From: the human T2T-CHM13v2.0 reference genome, Homo sapiens
DNA length: 64,000 bases
Reading direction: 5' to 3' (one strand)
Assembly: GCF_009914755.1 (NCBI RefSeq)
Contig: NC_060928.1
Shown here piece by piece: positions 54,001-64,000 of this stretch (positions are counted from its first letter, which is position 1; each line of letters opens with the position of its first letter). The translations under genes and the position numbers were made by a program. The notes below the pieces were generated by a model. It was not told where the DNA came from, made no database searches, and was given only the letters and a program-made list of their open reading frames with translations.

Positions 54001-57000
54001 AGGATTTCGTTGGAAACGGGATGACATATAATATCTAGAGAGAAGCATTCTCAGGAACTTCTTTGTGATGTTTGCATTCAAGTCACAGAATTGAACATTC
54101 CCTTTCATAGAGCAGGTTTGAAACACTCTTTCTCTAGTATCTGGAAGTGGGCATTTCAAGCGCTTTCAGGCCTATGGAGAGAAAGGAAATACCTTCAAAT
54201 AAAAACTAGACAGAAGCATTCTCAGAAACTTATTTGTGATGTGTGTCCTCAACTAACAGAGTTGAACCTTTGTTTTGATACAGCATTTTGGAAACACTCC
54301 TTTTGTAGAATCTGCAGGTGGATATTTGGATAACTTTGAAGATTTCGTTGGAAACCGGAATATCTTCATATAAAATCAAGACAGAAGCATTCTCGGAAAC
54401 ATCTCTGTGATGTTTGCATTCAACTCAGTAGAGTTGAACACTTCCTTTCATAGAGCCGGTTTGAAACACTCTTTCTGCACTACCTGGAAGCGGACATTTC
54501 GAGCGCTTTGAGGCCTATGGTGAAAAAGGAAATATCTTCTCATAAAAACCAGAAAGAAGCATTCTCAGAAACTTCTTTGTGTTGTGTGTACTCAAGTAAC
54601 AGTGTTGAACCTTCCTTTTGACACAGCAGTTTTGAAACACTCTTTTGGTAGAATCTGCAAGTGGATATTTGGATAGCTTTGAGGATTTCGTTGGAAACGG
54701 GTTATCTTCATATAAAATCCAGACAGGAGCATTCTCAGAAACTTCTTTGTGCTGCATGTCCTCAATTCACAGAGCTGAACCTTTGTTTGGATACAGCATT
54801 TTGGAAACATTCCTTTAGTAGAATCTGCAAGTTGATATTTAGATAGCTTTGAAGATTTCGTTGGAAACGGGAATATCTTCATAGAAAATCTAGACGGAAG
54901 CATTCTCAGAAACTGCTTTGTGATGTTTGCATTCAAGTCACAGAGTTGAATATTCCCTTTTATAGAGTAGGTTTGAAACACTCTTTCGGCACTACCTGGA
55001 AGTGGATATTTCGAGCTCTTTGAGGCCTATGGTTAAAAGGAAATATCTTCCCATAAAAACTAGACAGAAGCCGTCTCAGAAACTTGTTTGTGATGTGTGT
55101 ATTCAACTACCAGAGTTGAACATTTCTGTTACAGAGCAATTTTAAAACACTCTTTTTGTGGAATCTGAAAGTGGATAATTGGATAGCTTTGTGGATTTCG
55201 TTGGAAACGGGATGACGTATAAAATCTAGAGAGAAGCATTCTCAGGAACTTCTTTCTGATGTTTGCATTCAAGTCACAGAATTGAACATTCCTTTTCATA
55301 GTGCAGGTTTGAAACACTCTTTCTGTAGTATCTGGAAGTGGACATTTCAAGCGCTTTCAGGCCTACGGGGAGAAAGGAAATATCTTCAAATAAAAACTAG
55401 ACAGAAGGATTCTCAGAAACTTATTTGTGATGTGTGTCCTAAACGAACACAGTTGAACCTTTGTTTTGATACAGCATTTTGGAAACACTCCTTTTGTAGG
55501 ATCTGCAGGTGGATATTTGGATAGATTTTAAGATTTCGTTGGAAACGGGAGTTTCTTCATAGAAACTCAAGACAGATGCATTCTCAGAAACATCTCTGTG
55601 ATGTTTGCATTCCACTCATAGAGTTGAAAACTTCCTTTCATAGAGCAGGTTTGAAACACTCTTTTTGTAATATTTGGAAGTGGACATTTGCAGCGCTTTG
55701 AGGCCTATGGTGAAAAAGGAAATATCTTCTCATAAAAACCAGAAACAAGCATTCTCAGAAACTTCTTTTTGATGTGTGTACTCAAGTAACAGAGTTGAAC
55801 CTTCCTTTTGACACAGCAGTTTTGAAACAATCTTTTTGTAGAATCTGCAAGTGGATATTTGGATAGCTTTGAGGATTTCGTTGGAAACGGGATATCTTCA
55901 TATAAAATCTAGACAGAAGCATTCTCAGAAACTTCTTTGTGCTGTATGTCCTCAATTAACAGAGTTGAACCATTGCTTGGATACAGCATTTTGGAAACAT
56001 TCCTTGAGTAGAATCTGCAAGTTGATATTTAGATAGATTTGAAGATTTCGTTGGAAAAGGGAATATCTCCATAGAAAATCTAGAGGGAAGCATTCTCAGA
56101 AACTGCTTTGTGATGTTTCCATTCAAGTCACAGAGTTGAATATTCCCTTTTATAGAGCACGTTTGAAACACTCTTTCTGCACTATCTGGAAGTGGACATT
56201 TCGAGCGCTTTGAGGCCTATGGTGAAAAAGGAAATATCTTCCCATAAAAACTAGACAGAAGCATTCTCAGAAACTTGTTTGTGATGTGTGTATTCAACTA
56301 ACAGAGTTGAACTTTTGTTTTTACAGAGCCGTTTTAAAACACTCTTTTTGTGGAATCAGAAAGTGGATATTCGGATGGCTCTGAGGATTTCGTTGGAAGC
56401 GGGATTACATATAAAATCTAGAGAGAAGCATTCTCAGGAACTTCTTTGTGATGTTTGCATTGAAGTCACAGAATTGAACATTCACTTTGATAGAGCAGGT
56501 TTGAAACACTCATTCTGTAGTATCTGGAAGTGGACATTTCAAGCGCTTTCAGGCCTATGGTGAGAAAGGAAATATCTTCGAATAAAAACTAGACAGAAGC
56601 ATCCTCAGAAACTTATTTGTGATGTGTGTCCTCAACTAACAGAGTTGAAACTTTGTTTTGATACAGCATTTTGGAAACACTCTTTTTGTAGAATCTGCAG
56701 GTGGATATTTGGATAGCTTAGAGGGATTCGTTGGAAAGGGGATATCTTCATATAAAATCTAGACAGAAGCATTCTCAGAAACTTATTTGTGATGTGTGTC
56801 CTCAACTAACAGAGTTGAACCTTGGTTTTGATACAGCATTTTGGAAACACTCCTTTTGTAGAATCTGCAGGTGGATATGTGGATAGCTCTGAAGATTTCG
56901 TTGGAAACGGGAATTTCTTCATATAAAATCAAACAGAAGCATTCTCAGAAACTTCTCAGTGATGTTTGCATTCAGCTCATGGAGTTGAACACTTCCTTTC

Positions 57001-58176
57001 ATAGAGCCGGTTTGAAACACTCTTTCTGCACTACCTGGAAGAGGACATTTCGAGCGCTTTGAGTCCTATGGTGAAAAAGGAAATATCTTCTCATAAAAAC
57101 CAGAAAGAAGCATTCTCAGAAACTTCTTTGTGTTGTGTGTACTCATGTAACAGTGTTGAACCATCCTTTTGACAGAGCAGTTTTGAAACACTCTTTTTGT
57201 AGAATCTGCAAGTGGATATTTGGATAGCTTTGAGGATTTCGTTGGAAACGGGATGACATATAATATCTAGAGAGAAGCATTCTCAGGAACTTCTTTGTGA
57301 TGTTTGCATTCAAGTCACAGAATTGAACATTCCCTTTCATAGAGCAGGTTTGAAACACTCTTTCTCTAGTATCTGGAAGTGGGCATTTCAAGCGCTTTCA
57401 GGCCTATGGAGAGAAAGGAAATACCTTCAAATAAAAACTAGACAGAAGCATTCTCAGAAACTTATTTGTGATGTGTGTCCTCAACTAACAGAGTTGAACC
57501 TTTGTTTTGATACAGCATTTTGGAAACACTCCTTTTGTAGAATCTGCAGGTGGATATTTGGATAACTTTGAAGATTTCGTTGGAAACCGGAATATCTTCA
57601 TATAAAATCAAGACAGAAGCATTCTCGGAAACATCTCTGTGATGTTTGCATTCAACTCAGTAGAGTTGAACACTTCCTTTCATAGAGCCGGTTTGAAACA
57701 CTCTTTCTGCACTACCTGGAAGCGGACATTTCGAGCGCTTTGAGGCCTATGGTGAAAAAGGAAATATCTTCTCATAAAAACCAGAAAGAAGCATTCTCAG
57801 AAACTTCTTTGTGTTGTGTGTACTCAAGTAACAGTGTTGAACCTTCCTTTTGACACAGCAGTTTTGAAACACTCTTTTGGTAGAATCTGCAAGTGGATAT
57901 TTGGATAGCTTTGAGGATTTCGTTGGAAACGGGTTATCTTCATATAAAATCCAGACAGGAGCATTCTCAGAAACTTCTTTGTGCTGCATGTCCTCAATTC
58001 ACAGAGCTGAACCTTTGTTTGGATACAGCATTTTGGAAACATTCCTTTAGTAGAATCTGCAAGTTGATATTTAGATAGCTTTGAAGATTTCGTTGGAAAC
58101 GGGAATATCTTCATAGAAAATCTAGACGGAAGCATTCTCAGAAACTGCTTTGTGATGTTTGCATTCAAGTCACAGA
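42017..58176 (+). repeat. HOR copies 14-18, majority haplotype
   Basis: ORF translations are identical, and no differences were seen at the variant sites checked. Confidence 0.8.
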
Positions 58177-61100
58177 GTTGAATATTCCCTTTTATAGAGT
58201 AGGTTTGAAACACTCTTTCGGCACTACCTGGAAGTGGATATTTCGAGCTCTTTGAGGCCTATGGTTAAAAGGAAATATCTTCCCATAAAAACTAGACAGA
58301 AGCCGTCTCAGAAACTTGTTTGTGATGTGTGTATTCAACTACCAGAGTTGAACATTTCTGTTACAGAGCAATTTTAAAACACTCTTTTTGTGGAATCTGA
58401 AAGTGGATAATTGGATAGCTTTGTGGATTTCGTTGGAAACGGGATGACGTATAAAATCTAGAGAGAAGCATTCTCAGGAACTTCTTTCTGATGTTTGCAT
58501 TCAAGTCACAGAATTGAACATTCCTTTTCATAGTGCAGGTTTGAAACACTCTTTCTGTAGTATCTGGAAGTGGACATTTCAAGCGCTTTCAGGCCTACGG
58601 GGAGAAAGGAAATATCTTCAAATAAAAACTAGACAGAAGGATTCTCAGAAACTTATTTGTGATGTGTGTCCTAAACGAACACAGTTGAACCTTTGTTTTG
58701 ATACAGCATTTTGGAAACACTCCTTTTGTAGGATCTGCAGGTGGATATTTGGATAGATTTTAAGATTTCGTTGGAAACGGGAGTTTCTTCATAGAAACTC
58801 AAGACAGATGCATTCTCAGAAACATCTCTGTGATGTTTGCATTCCACTCATAGAGTTGAAAACTTCCTTTCATAGAGCAGGTTTGAAACACTCTTTTTGT
58901 AATATTTGGAAGTGGACATTTGCAGCGCTTTGAGGCCTATGGTGAAAAAGGAAATATCTTCTCATAAAAACCAGAAACAAGCATTCTCAGAAACTTCTTT
59001 TTGATGTGTGTACTCAAGTAACAGAGTTGAACCTTCCTTTTGACACAGCAGTTTTGAAACAATCTTTTTGTAGAATCTGCAAGTGGATATTTGGATAGCT
59101 TTGAGGATTTCGTTGGAAACGGGATATCTTCATATAAAATCTAGACAGAAGCATTCTCAGAAACTTCTTTGTGCTGTATGTCCTCAATTAACAGAGTTGA
59201 ACCATTGCTTGGATACAGCATTTTGGAAACATTCCTTGAGTAGAATCTGCAAGTTGATATTTAGATAGATTTGAAGATTTCGTTGGAAAAGGGAATATCT
59301 CCATATAAAATCTAGAGGGAAGCATTCTCAGAAACTGCTTTGTGATGTTTCCATTCAAGTCACAGAGTTGAATATTCCCTTTTATAGAGCACGTTTGAAA
59401 CACTCTTTCTGCACTATCTGGAAGTGGACATTTCGAGCGCTTTGAGGCCTATGGTGAAAAAGGAAATATCTTCCCATAAAAACTAGACAGAAGCATTCTC
59501 AGAAACTTGTTTGTGATGTGTGTATTCAACTAACAGAGTTGAACTTTTGTTTTTACAGAGCCGTTTTAAAACACTCTTTTTGTGGAATCAGAAAGTGGAT
59601 ATTCGGATGGCTCTGAGGATTTCGTTGGAAGCGGGATTACATATAAAATCTAGAGAGAAGCATTCTCAGGAACTTCTTTGTGATGTTTGCATTGAAGTCA
59701 CAGAATTGAACATTCACTTTGATAGAGCAGGTTTGAAACACTCATTCTGTAGTATCTGGAAGTGGACATTTCAAGCGCTTTCAGGCCTATGGTGAGAAAG
59801 GAAATATCTTCGAATAAAAACTAGACAGAAGCATCCTCAGAAACTTATTTGTGATGTGTGTCCTCAACTAACAGAGTTGAAACTTTGTTTTGATACAGCA
59901 TTTTGGAAACACTCTTTTTGTAGAATCTGCAGGTGGATATTTGGATAGCTTAGAGGGATTCGTTGGAAAGGGGATATCTTCATATAAAATCTAGACAGAA
60001 GCATTCTCAGAAACTTATTTGTGATGTGTGTCCTCAACTAACAGAGTTGAACCTTGGTTTTGATACAGCATTTTGGAAACACTCCTTTTGTAGAATCTGC
60101 AGGTGGATATGTGGATAGCTCTGAAGATTTCGTTGGAAACGGGAATTTCTTCATATAAAATCAAACAGAAGCATTCTCAGAAACTTCTCAGTGATGTTTG
60201 CATTCAGCTCATGGAGTTGAACACTTCCTTTCATAGAGCCGGTTTGAAACACTCTTTCTGCACTACCTGGAAGAGGACATTTCGAGCGCTTTGAGTCCTA
60301 TGGTGAAAAAGGAAATATCTTCTCATAAAAACCAGAAAGAAGCATTCTCAGAAACTTCTTTGTGTTGTGTGTACTCATGTAACAGTGTTGAACCATCCTT
60401 TTGACAGAGCAGTTTTGAAACACTCTTTTTGTAGAATCTGCAAGTGGATATTTGGATAGCTTTGAGGATTTCGTTGGAAACGGGATGACATATAATATCT
60501 AGAGAGAAGCATTCTCAGGAACTTCTTTGTGATGTTTGCATTCAAGTCACAGAATTGAACATTCCCTTTCATAGAGCAGGTTTGAAACACTCTTTCTCTA
60601 GTATCTGGAAGTGGGCATTTCAAGCGCTTTCAGGCCTATGGAGAGAAAGGAAATACCTTCAAATAAAAACTAGACAGAAGCATTCTCAGAAACTTATTTG
60701 TGATGTGTGTCCTCAACTAACAGAGTTGAACCTTTGTTTTGATACAGCATTTTGGAAACACTCCTTTTGTAGAATCTGCAGGTGGATATTTGGATAACTT
60801 TGAAGATTTCGTTGGAAACCGGAATATCTTCATATAAAATCAAGACAGAAGCATTCTCGGAAACATCTCTGTGATGTTTGCATTCAACTCAGTAGAGTTG
60901 AACACTTCCTTTCATAGAGCCGGTTTGAAACACTCTTTCTGCACTACCTGGAAGCGGACATTTCGAGCGCTTTGAGGCCTATGGTGAAAAAGGAAATATC
61001 TTCTCATAAAAACCAGAAAGAAGCATTCTCAGAAACTTCTTTGTGTTGTGTGTACTCAAGTAACAGTGTTGAACCTTCCTTTTGACACAGCAGTTTTGAA

Positions 61101-61408
61101 ACACTCTTTTGGTAGAATCTGCAAGTGGATATTTGGATAGCTTTGAGGATTTCGTTGGAAACGGGTTATCTTCATATAAAATCCAGACAGGAGCATTCTC
61201 AGAAACTTCTTTGTGCTGCATGTCCTCAATTCACAGAGCTGAACCTTTGTTTGGATACAGCATTTTGGAAACATTCCTTTAGTAGAATCTGCAAGTTGAT
61301 ATTTAGATAGCTTTGAAGATTTCGTTGGAAACGGGAATATCTTCATAGAAAATCTAGACGGAAGCATTCTCAGAAACTGCTTTGTGATGTTTGCATTCAA
61401 GTCACAGA
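58177..61408 (+). repeat. HOR copy 19, carrying 1130T only
   Basis: CTCCATATAAAATC with T at 59306 (ORF reads SRFYME); neither indel is present. Confidence 0.9.
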
Positions 61409-64000
61409 GTTGAATATTCCCTTTTATAGAGTAGGTTTGAAACACTCTTTCGGCACTACCTGGAAGTGGATATTTCGAGCTCTTTGAGGCCTATGGTTAA
61501 AAGGAAATATCTTCCCATAAAAACTAGACAGAAGCCGTCTCAGAAACTTGTTTGTGATGTGTGTATTCAACTACCAGAGTTGAACATTTCTGTTACAGAG
61601 CAATTTTAAAACACTCTTTTTGTGGAATCTGAAAGTGGATAATTGGATAGCTTTGTGGATTTCGTTGGAAACGGGATGACGTATAAAATCTAGAGAGAAG
61701 CATTCTCAGGAACTTCTTTCTGATGTTTGCATTCAAGTCACAGAATTGAACATTCCTTTTCATAGTGCAGGTTTGAAACACTCTTTCTGTAGTATCTGGA
61801 AGTGGACATTTCAAGCGCTTTCAGGCCTACGGGGAGAAAGGAAATATCTTCAAATAAAAACTAGACAGAAGGATTCTCAGAAACTTATTTGTGATGTGTG
61901 TCCTAAACGAACACAGTTGAACCTTTGTTTTGATACAGCATTTTGGAAACACTCCTTTTGTAGGATCTGCAGGTGGATATTTGGATAGATTTTAAGATTT
62001 CGTTGGAAACGGGAGTTTCTTCATAGAAACTCAAGACAGATGCATTCTCAGAAACATCTCTGTGATGTTTGCATTCCACTCATAGAGTTGAAAACTTCCT
62101 TTCATAGAGCAGGTTTGAAACACTCTTTTTGTAATATTTGGAAGTGGACATTTGCAGCGCTTTGAGGCCTATGGTGAAAAAGGAAATATCTTCTCATAAA
62201 AACCAGAAACAAGCATTCTCAGAAACTTCTTTTTGATGTGTGTACTCAAGTAACAGAGTTGAACCTTCCTTTTGACACAGCAGTTTTGAAACAATCTTTT
62301 TGTAGAATCTGCAAGTGGATATTTGGATAGCTTTGAGGATTTCGTTGGAAACGGGATATCTTCATATAAAATCTAGACAGAAGCATTCTCAGAAACTTCT
62401 TTGTGCTGTATGTCCTCAATTAACAGAGTTGAACCATTGCTTGGATACAGCATTTTGGAAACATTCCTTGAGTAGAATCTGCAAGTTGATATTTAGATAG
62501 ATTTGAAGATTTCGTTGGAAAAGGGAATATCTCCATAGAAAATCTAGAGGGAAGCATTCTCAGAAACTGCTTTGTGATGTTTCCATTCAAGTCACAGAGT
62601 TGAATATTCCCTTTTATAGAGCACGTTTGAAACACTCTTTCTGCACTATCTGGAAGTGGACATTTCGAGCGCTTTGAGGCCTATGGTGAAAAAGGAAATA
62701 TCTTCCCATAAAAACTAGACAGAAGCATTCTCAGAAACTTGTTTGTGATGTGTGTATTCAACTAACAGAGTTGAACTTTTGTTTTTACAGAGCCGTTTTA
62801 AAACACTCTTTTTGTGGAATCAGAAAGTGGATATTCGGATGGCTCTGAGGATTTCGTTGGAAGCGGGATTACATATAAAATCTAGAGAGAAGCATTCTCA
62901 GGAACTTCTTTGTGATGTTTGCATTGAAGTCACAGAATTGAACATTCACTTTGATAGAGCAGGTTTGAAACACTCATTCTGTAGTATCTGGAAGTGGACA
63001 TTTCAAGCGCTTTCAGGCCTATGGTGAGAAAGGAAATATCTTCGAATAAAAACTAGACAGAAGCATCCTCAGAAACTTATTTGTGATGTGTGTCCTCAAC
63101 TAACAGAGTTGAAACTTTGTTTTGATACAGCATTTTGGAAACACTCTTTTTGTAGAATCTGCAGGTGGATATTTGGATAGCTTAGAGGGATTCGTTGGAA
63201 AGGGGATATCTTCATATAAAATCTAGACAGAAGCATTCTCAGAAACTTATTTGTGATGTGTGTCCTCAACTAACAGAGTTGAACCTTGGTTTTGATACAG
63301 CATTTTGGAAACACTCCTTTTGTAGAATCTGCAGGTGGATATGTGGATAGCTCTGAAGATTTCGTTGGAAACGGGAATTTCTTCATATAAAATCAAACAG
63401 AAGCATTCTCAGAAACTTCTCAGTGATGTTTGCATTCAGCTCATGGAGTTGAACACTTCCTTTCATAGAGCCGGTTTGAAACACTCTTTCTGCACTACCT
63501 GGAAGAGGACATTTCGAGCGCTTTGAGTCCTATGGTGAAAAAGGAAATATCTTCTCATAAAAACCAGAAAGAAGCATTCTCAGAAACTTCTTTGTGTTGT
63601 GTGTACTCATGTAACAGTGTTGAACCATCCTTTTGACAGAGCAGTTTTGAAACACTCTTTTTGTAGAATCTGCAAGTGGATATTTGGATAGCTTTGAGGA
63701 TTTCGTTGGAAACGGGATGACATATAATATCTAGAGAGAAGCATTCTCAGGAACTTCTTTGTGATGTTTGCATTCAAGTCACAGAATTGAACATTCCCTT
63801 TCATAGAGCAGGTTTGAAACACTCTTTCTCTAGTATCTGGAAGTGGGCATTTCAAGCGCTTTCAGGCCTATGGAGAGAAAGGAAATACCTTCAAATAAAA
63901 ACTAGACAGAAGCATTCTCAGAAACTTATTTGTGATGTGTGTCCTCAACTAACAGAGTTGAACCTTTGTTTTGATACAGCATTTTGGAAACACTCCTTTT
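61409..64000 (+). repeat. HOR copy 20, truncated by the window end
   Basis: 2,592 bp of majority-type sequence, in register with the preceding copies. Confidence 0.9.

Larger units (their letters stand above)
1..64000 (+). repeat. Alpha-satellite higher-order repeat array, 3,232-bp 19-mer, about 19.8 tandem copies
   Basis: Seen: ~171-bp monomers beginning CATTCTCAGAAACTT with alphoid motifs (GAGTTGAAC, TTTGAAACACTCTTT, TTCGTTGGAAACGGGA, CTATGGTGAAAAAGGAAATATCTT). ORF coordinates recur at exactly +3232 (185, 3417, 6649 ... 61593). No non-alphoid sequence or strand switch was seen. Confidence 0.99.
1..64000. other. D4Z1: Probable identity: live centromeric array of human chromosome 4 (D4Z1 / S2C4H1L, suprachromosomal family 2)
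   Basis: Established knowledge (recalled, not searched): D4Z1 has a ~3.2-kb 19-mer HOR. Seen: 19 monomers in 3,232 bp, a SacI site (GAGCTC 69-74) recurring each unit, and MspI sites at 2063, 2643 and 2744 predicting fragments of ~2.55, 0.58 and 0.10 kb. That matches my recollection of a 2.6+0.6 kb MspI form of this HOR. Confidence 0.85.

Noticed and set aside
252-63718. No copy-specific variant falls in an intact CENP-B box, suggesting purifying selection
   Set aside because: Intact boxes cover only about 4% of the unit (8 x 17 of 3,232 bp) and there are only about ten independent variant events, so zero hits is expected by chance.
185-63855. About 200 short ORFs (61-129 aa) on both strands
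   Set aside because: They are translations of alpha-satellite that repeat with the HOR period, overlap on opposite strands and show no recognisable domain. Many begin at TTG/GTG codons (e.g. 338, 907). There is no support for coding function.
1-64000. CRISPR-like array (recurring TTCGTTGGAAACGGGA with intervening sequence)
   Set aside because: The intervening sequences are homologous ~171-bp monomers, not unique spacers. The motif is the CENP-B box, and there are no cas genes.
1-64000. Transposon (L1/Alu) insertion, inversion or shortened HOR variant
   Set aside because: The 3,232-bp register holds across the whole window, and no non-alphoid or reverse-oriented sequence was seen.
1-64000. 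Possibility that the window is a synthetic centromere model sequence rather than a true assembly
   Set aside because: Variants 700-1,100 bp apart are linked and repeated in adjacent copies (3-5, 12-13), which fits a long-read assembly better than a monomer-level model. This is not formally excluded without provenance.

Overview
The whole 64 kb window is primate centromeric alpha-satellite DNA, very probably human. It is one uninterrupted head-to-tail array of a 3,232-bp higher-order repeat (HOR) made of 19 monomers of 166-172 bp. There are 19 complete copies (starts at 1+3232n) plus a 2,592-bp partial copy, all in the same orientation. A 3.2-kb 19-mer with mixed CENP-B-box and pJalpha-box monomers best fits the live chromosome 4 array D4Z1 (S2C4H1L); this assignment is from recall and needs an alignment. 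I found no genes, RNA genes, transposons, CRISPR arrays or inversions, and the ORF track only reflects the repeat period. I see no evidence of a new gene-based system. The informative signal is in the satellite's evolution: (i) a 59-96 bp out-of-register conversion-like patch in copy 1, copied from the monomer three positions downstream; (ii) a 7+5+7 internal architecture with a hybrid monomer, pointing to a 7-mer ancestor; (iii) nested variant blocks in copies 3-6; (iv) a cluster of four private SNVs in copy 6; (v) a length-neutral +1/-1 indel pair shared by copies 12 and 13; (vi) long runs of apparently identical copies. Variants were found by eye with help from the ORF track, so some may have been missed.
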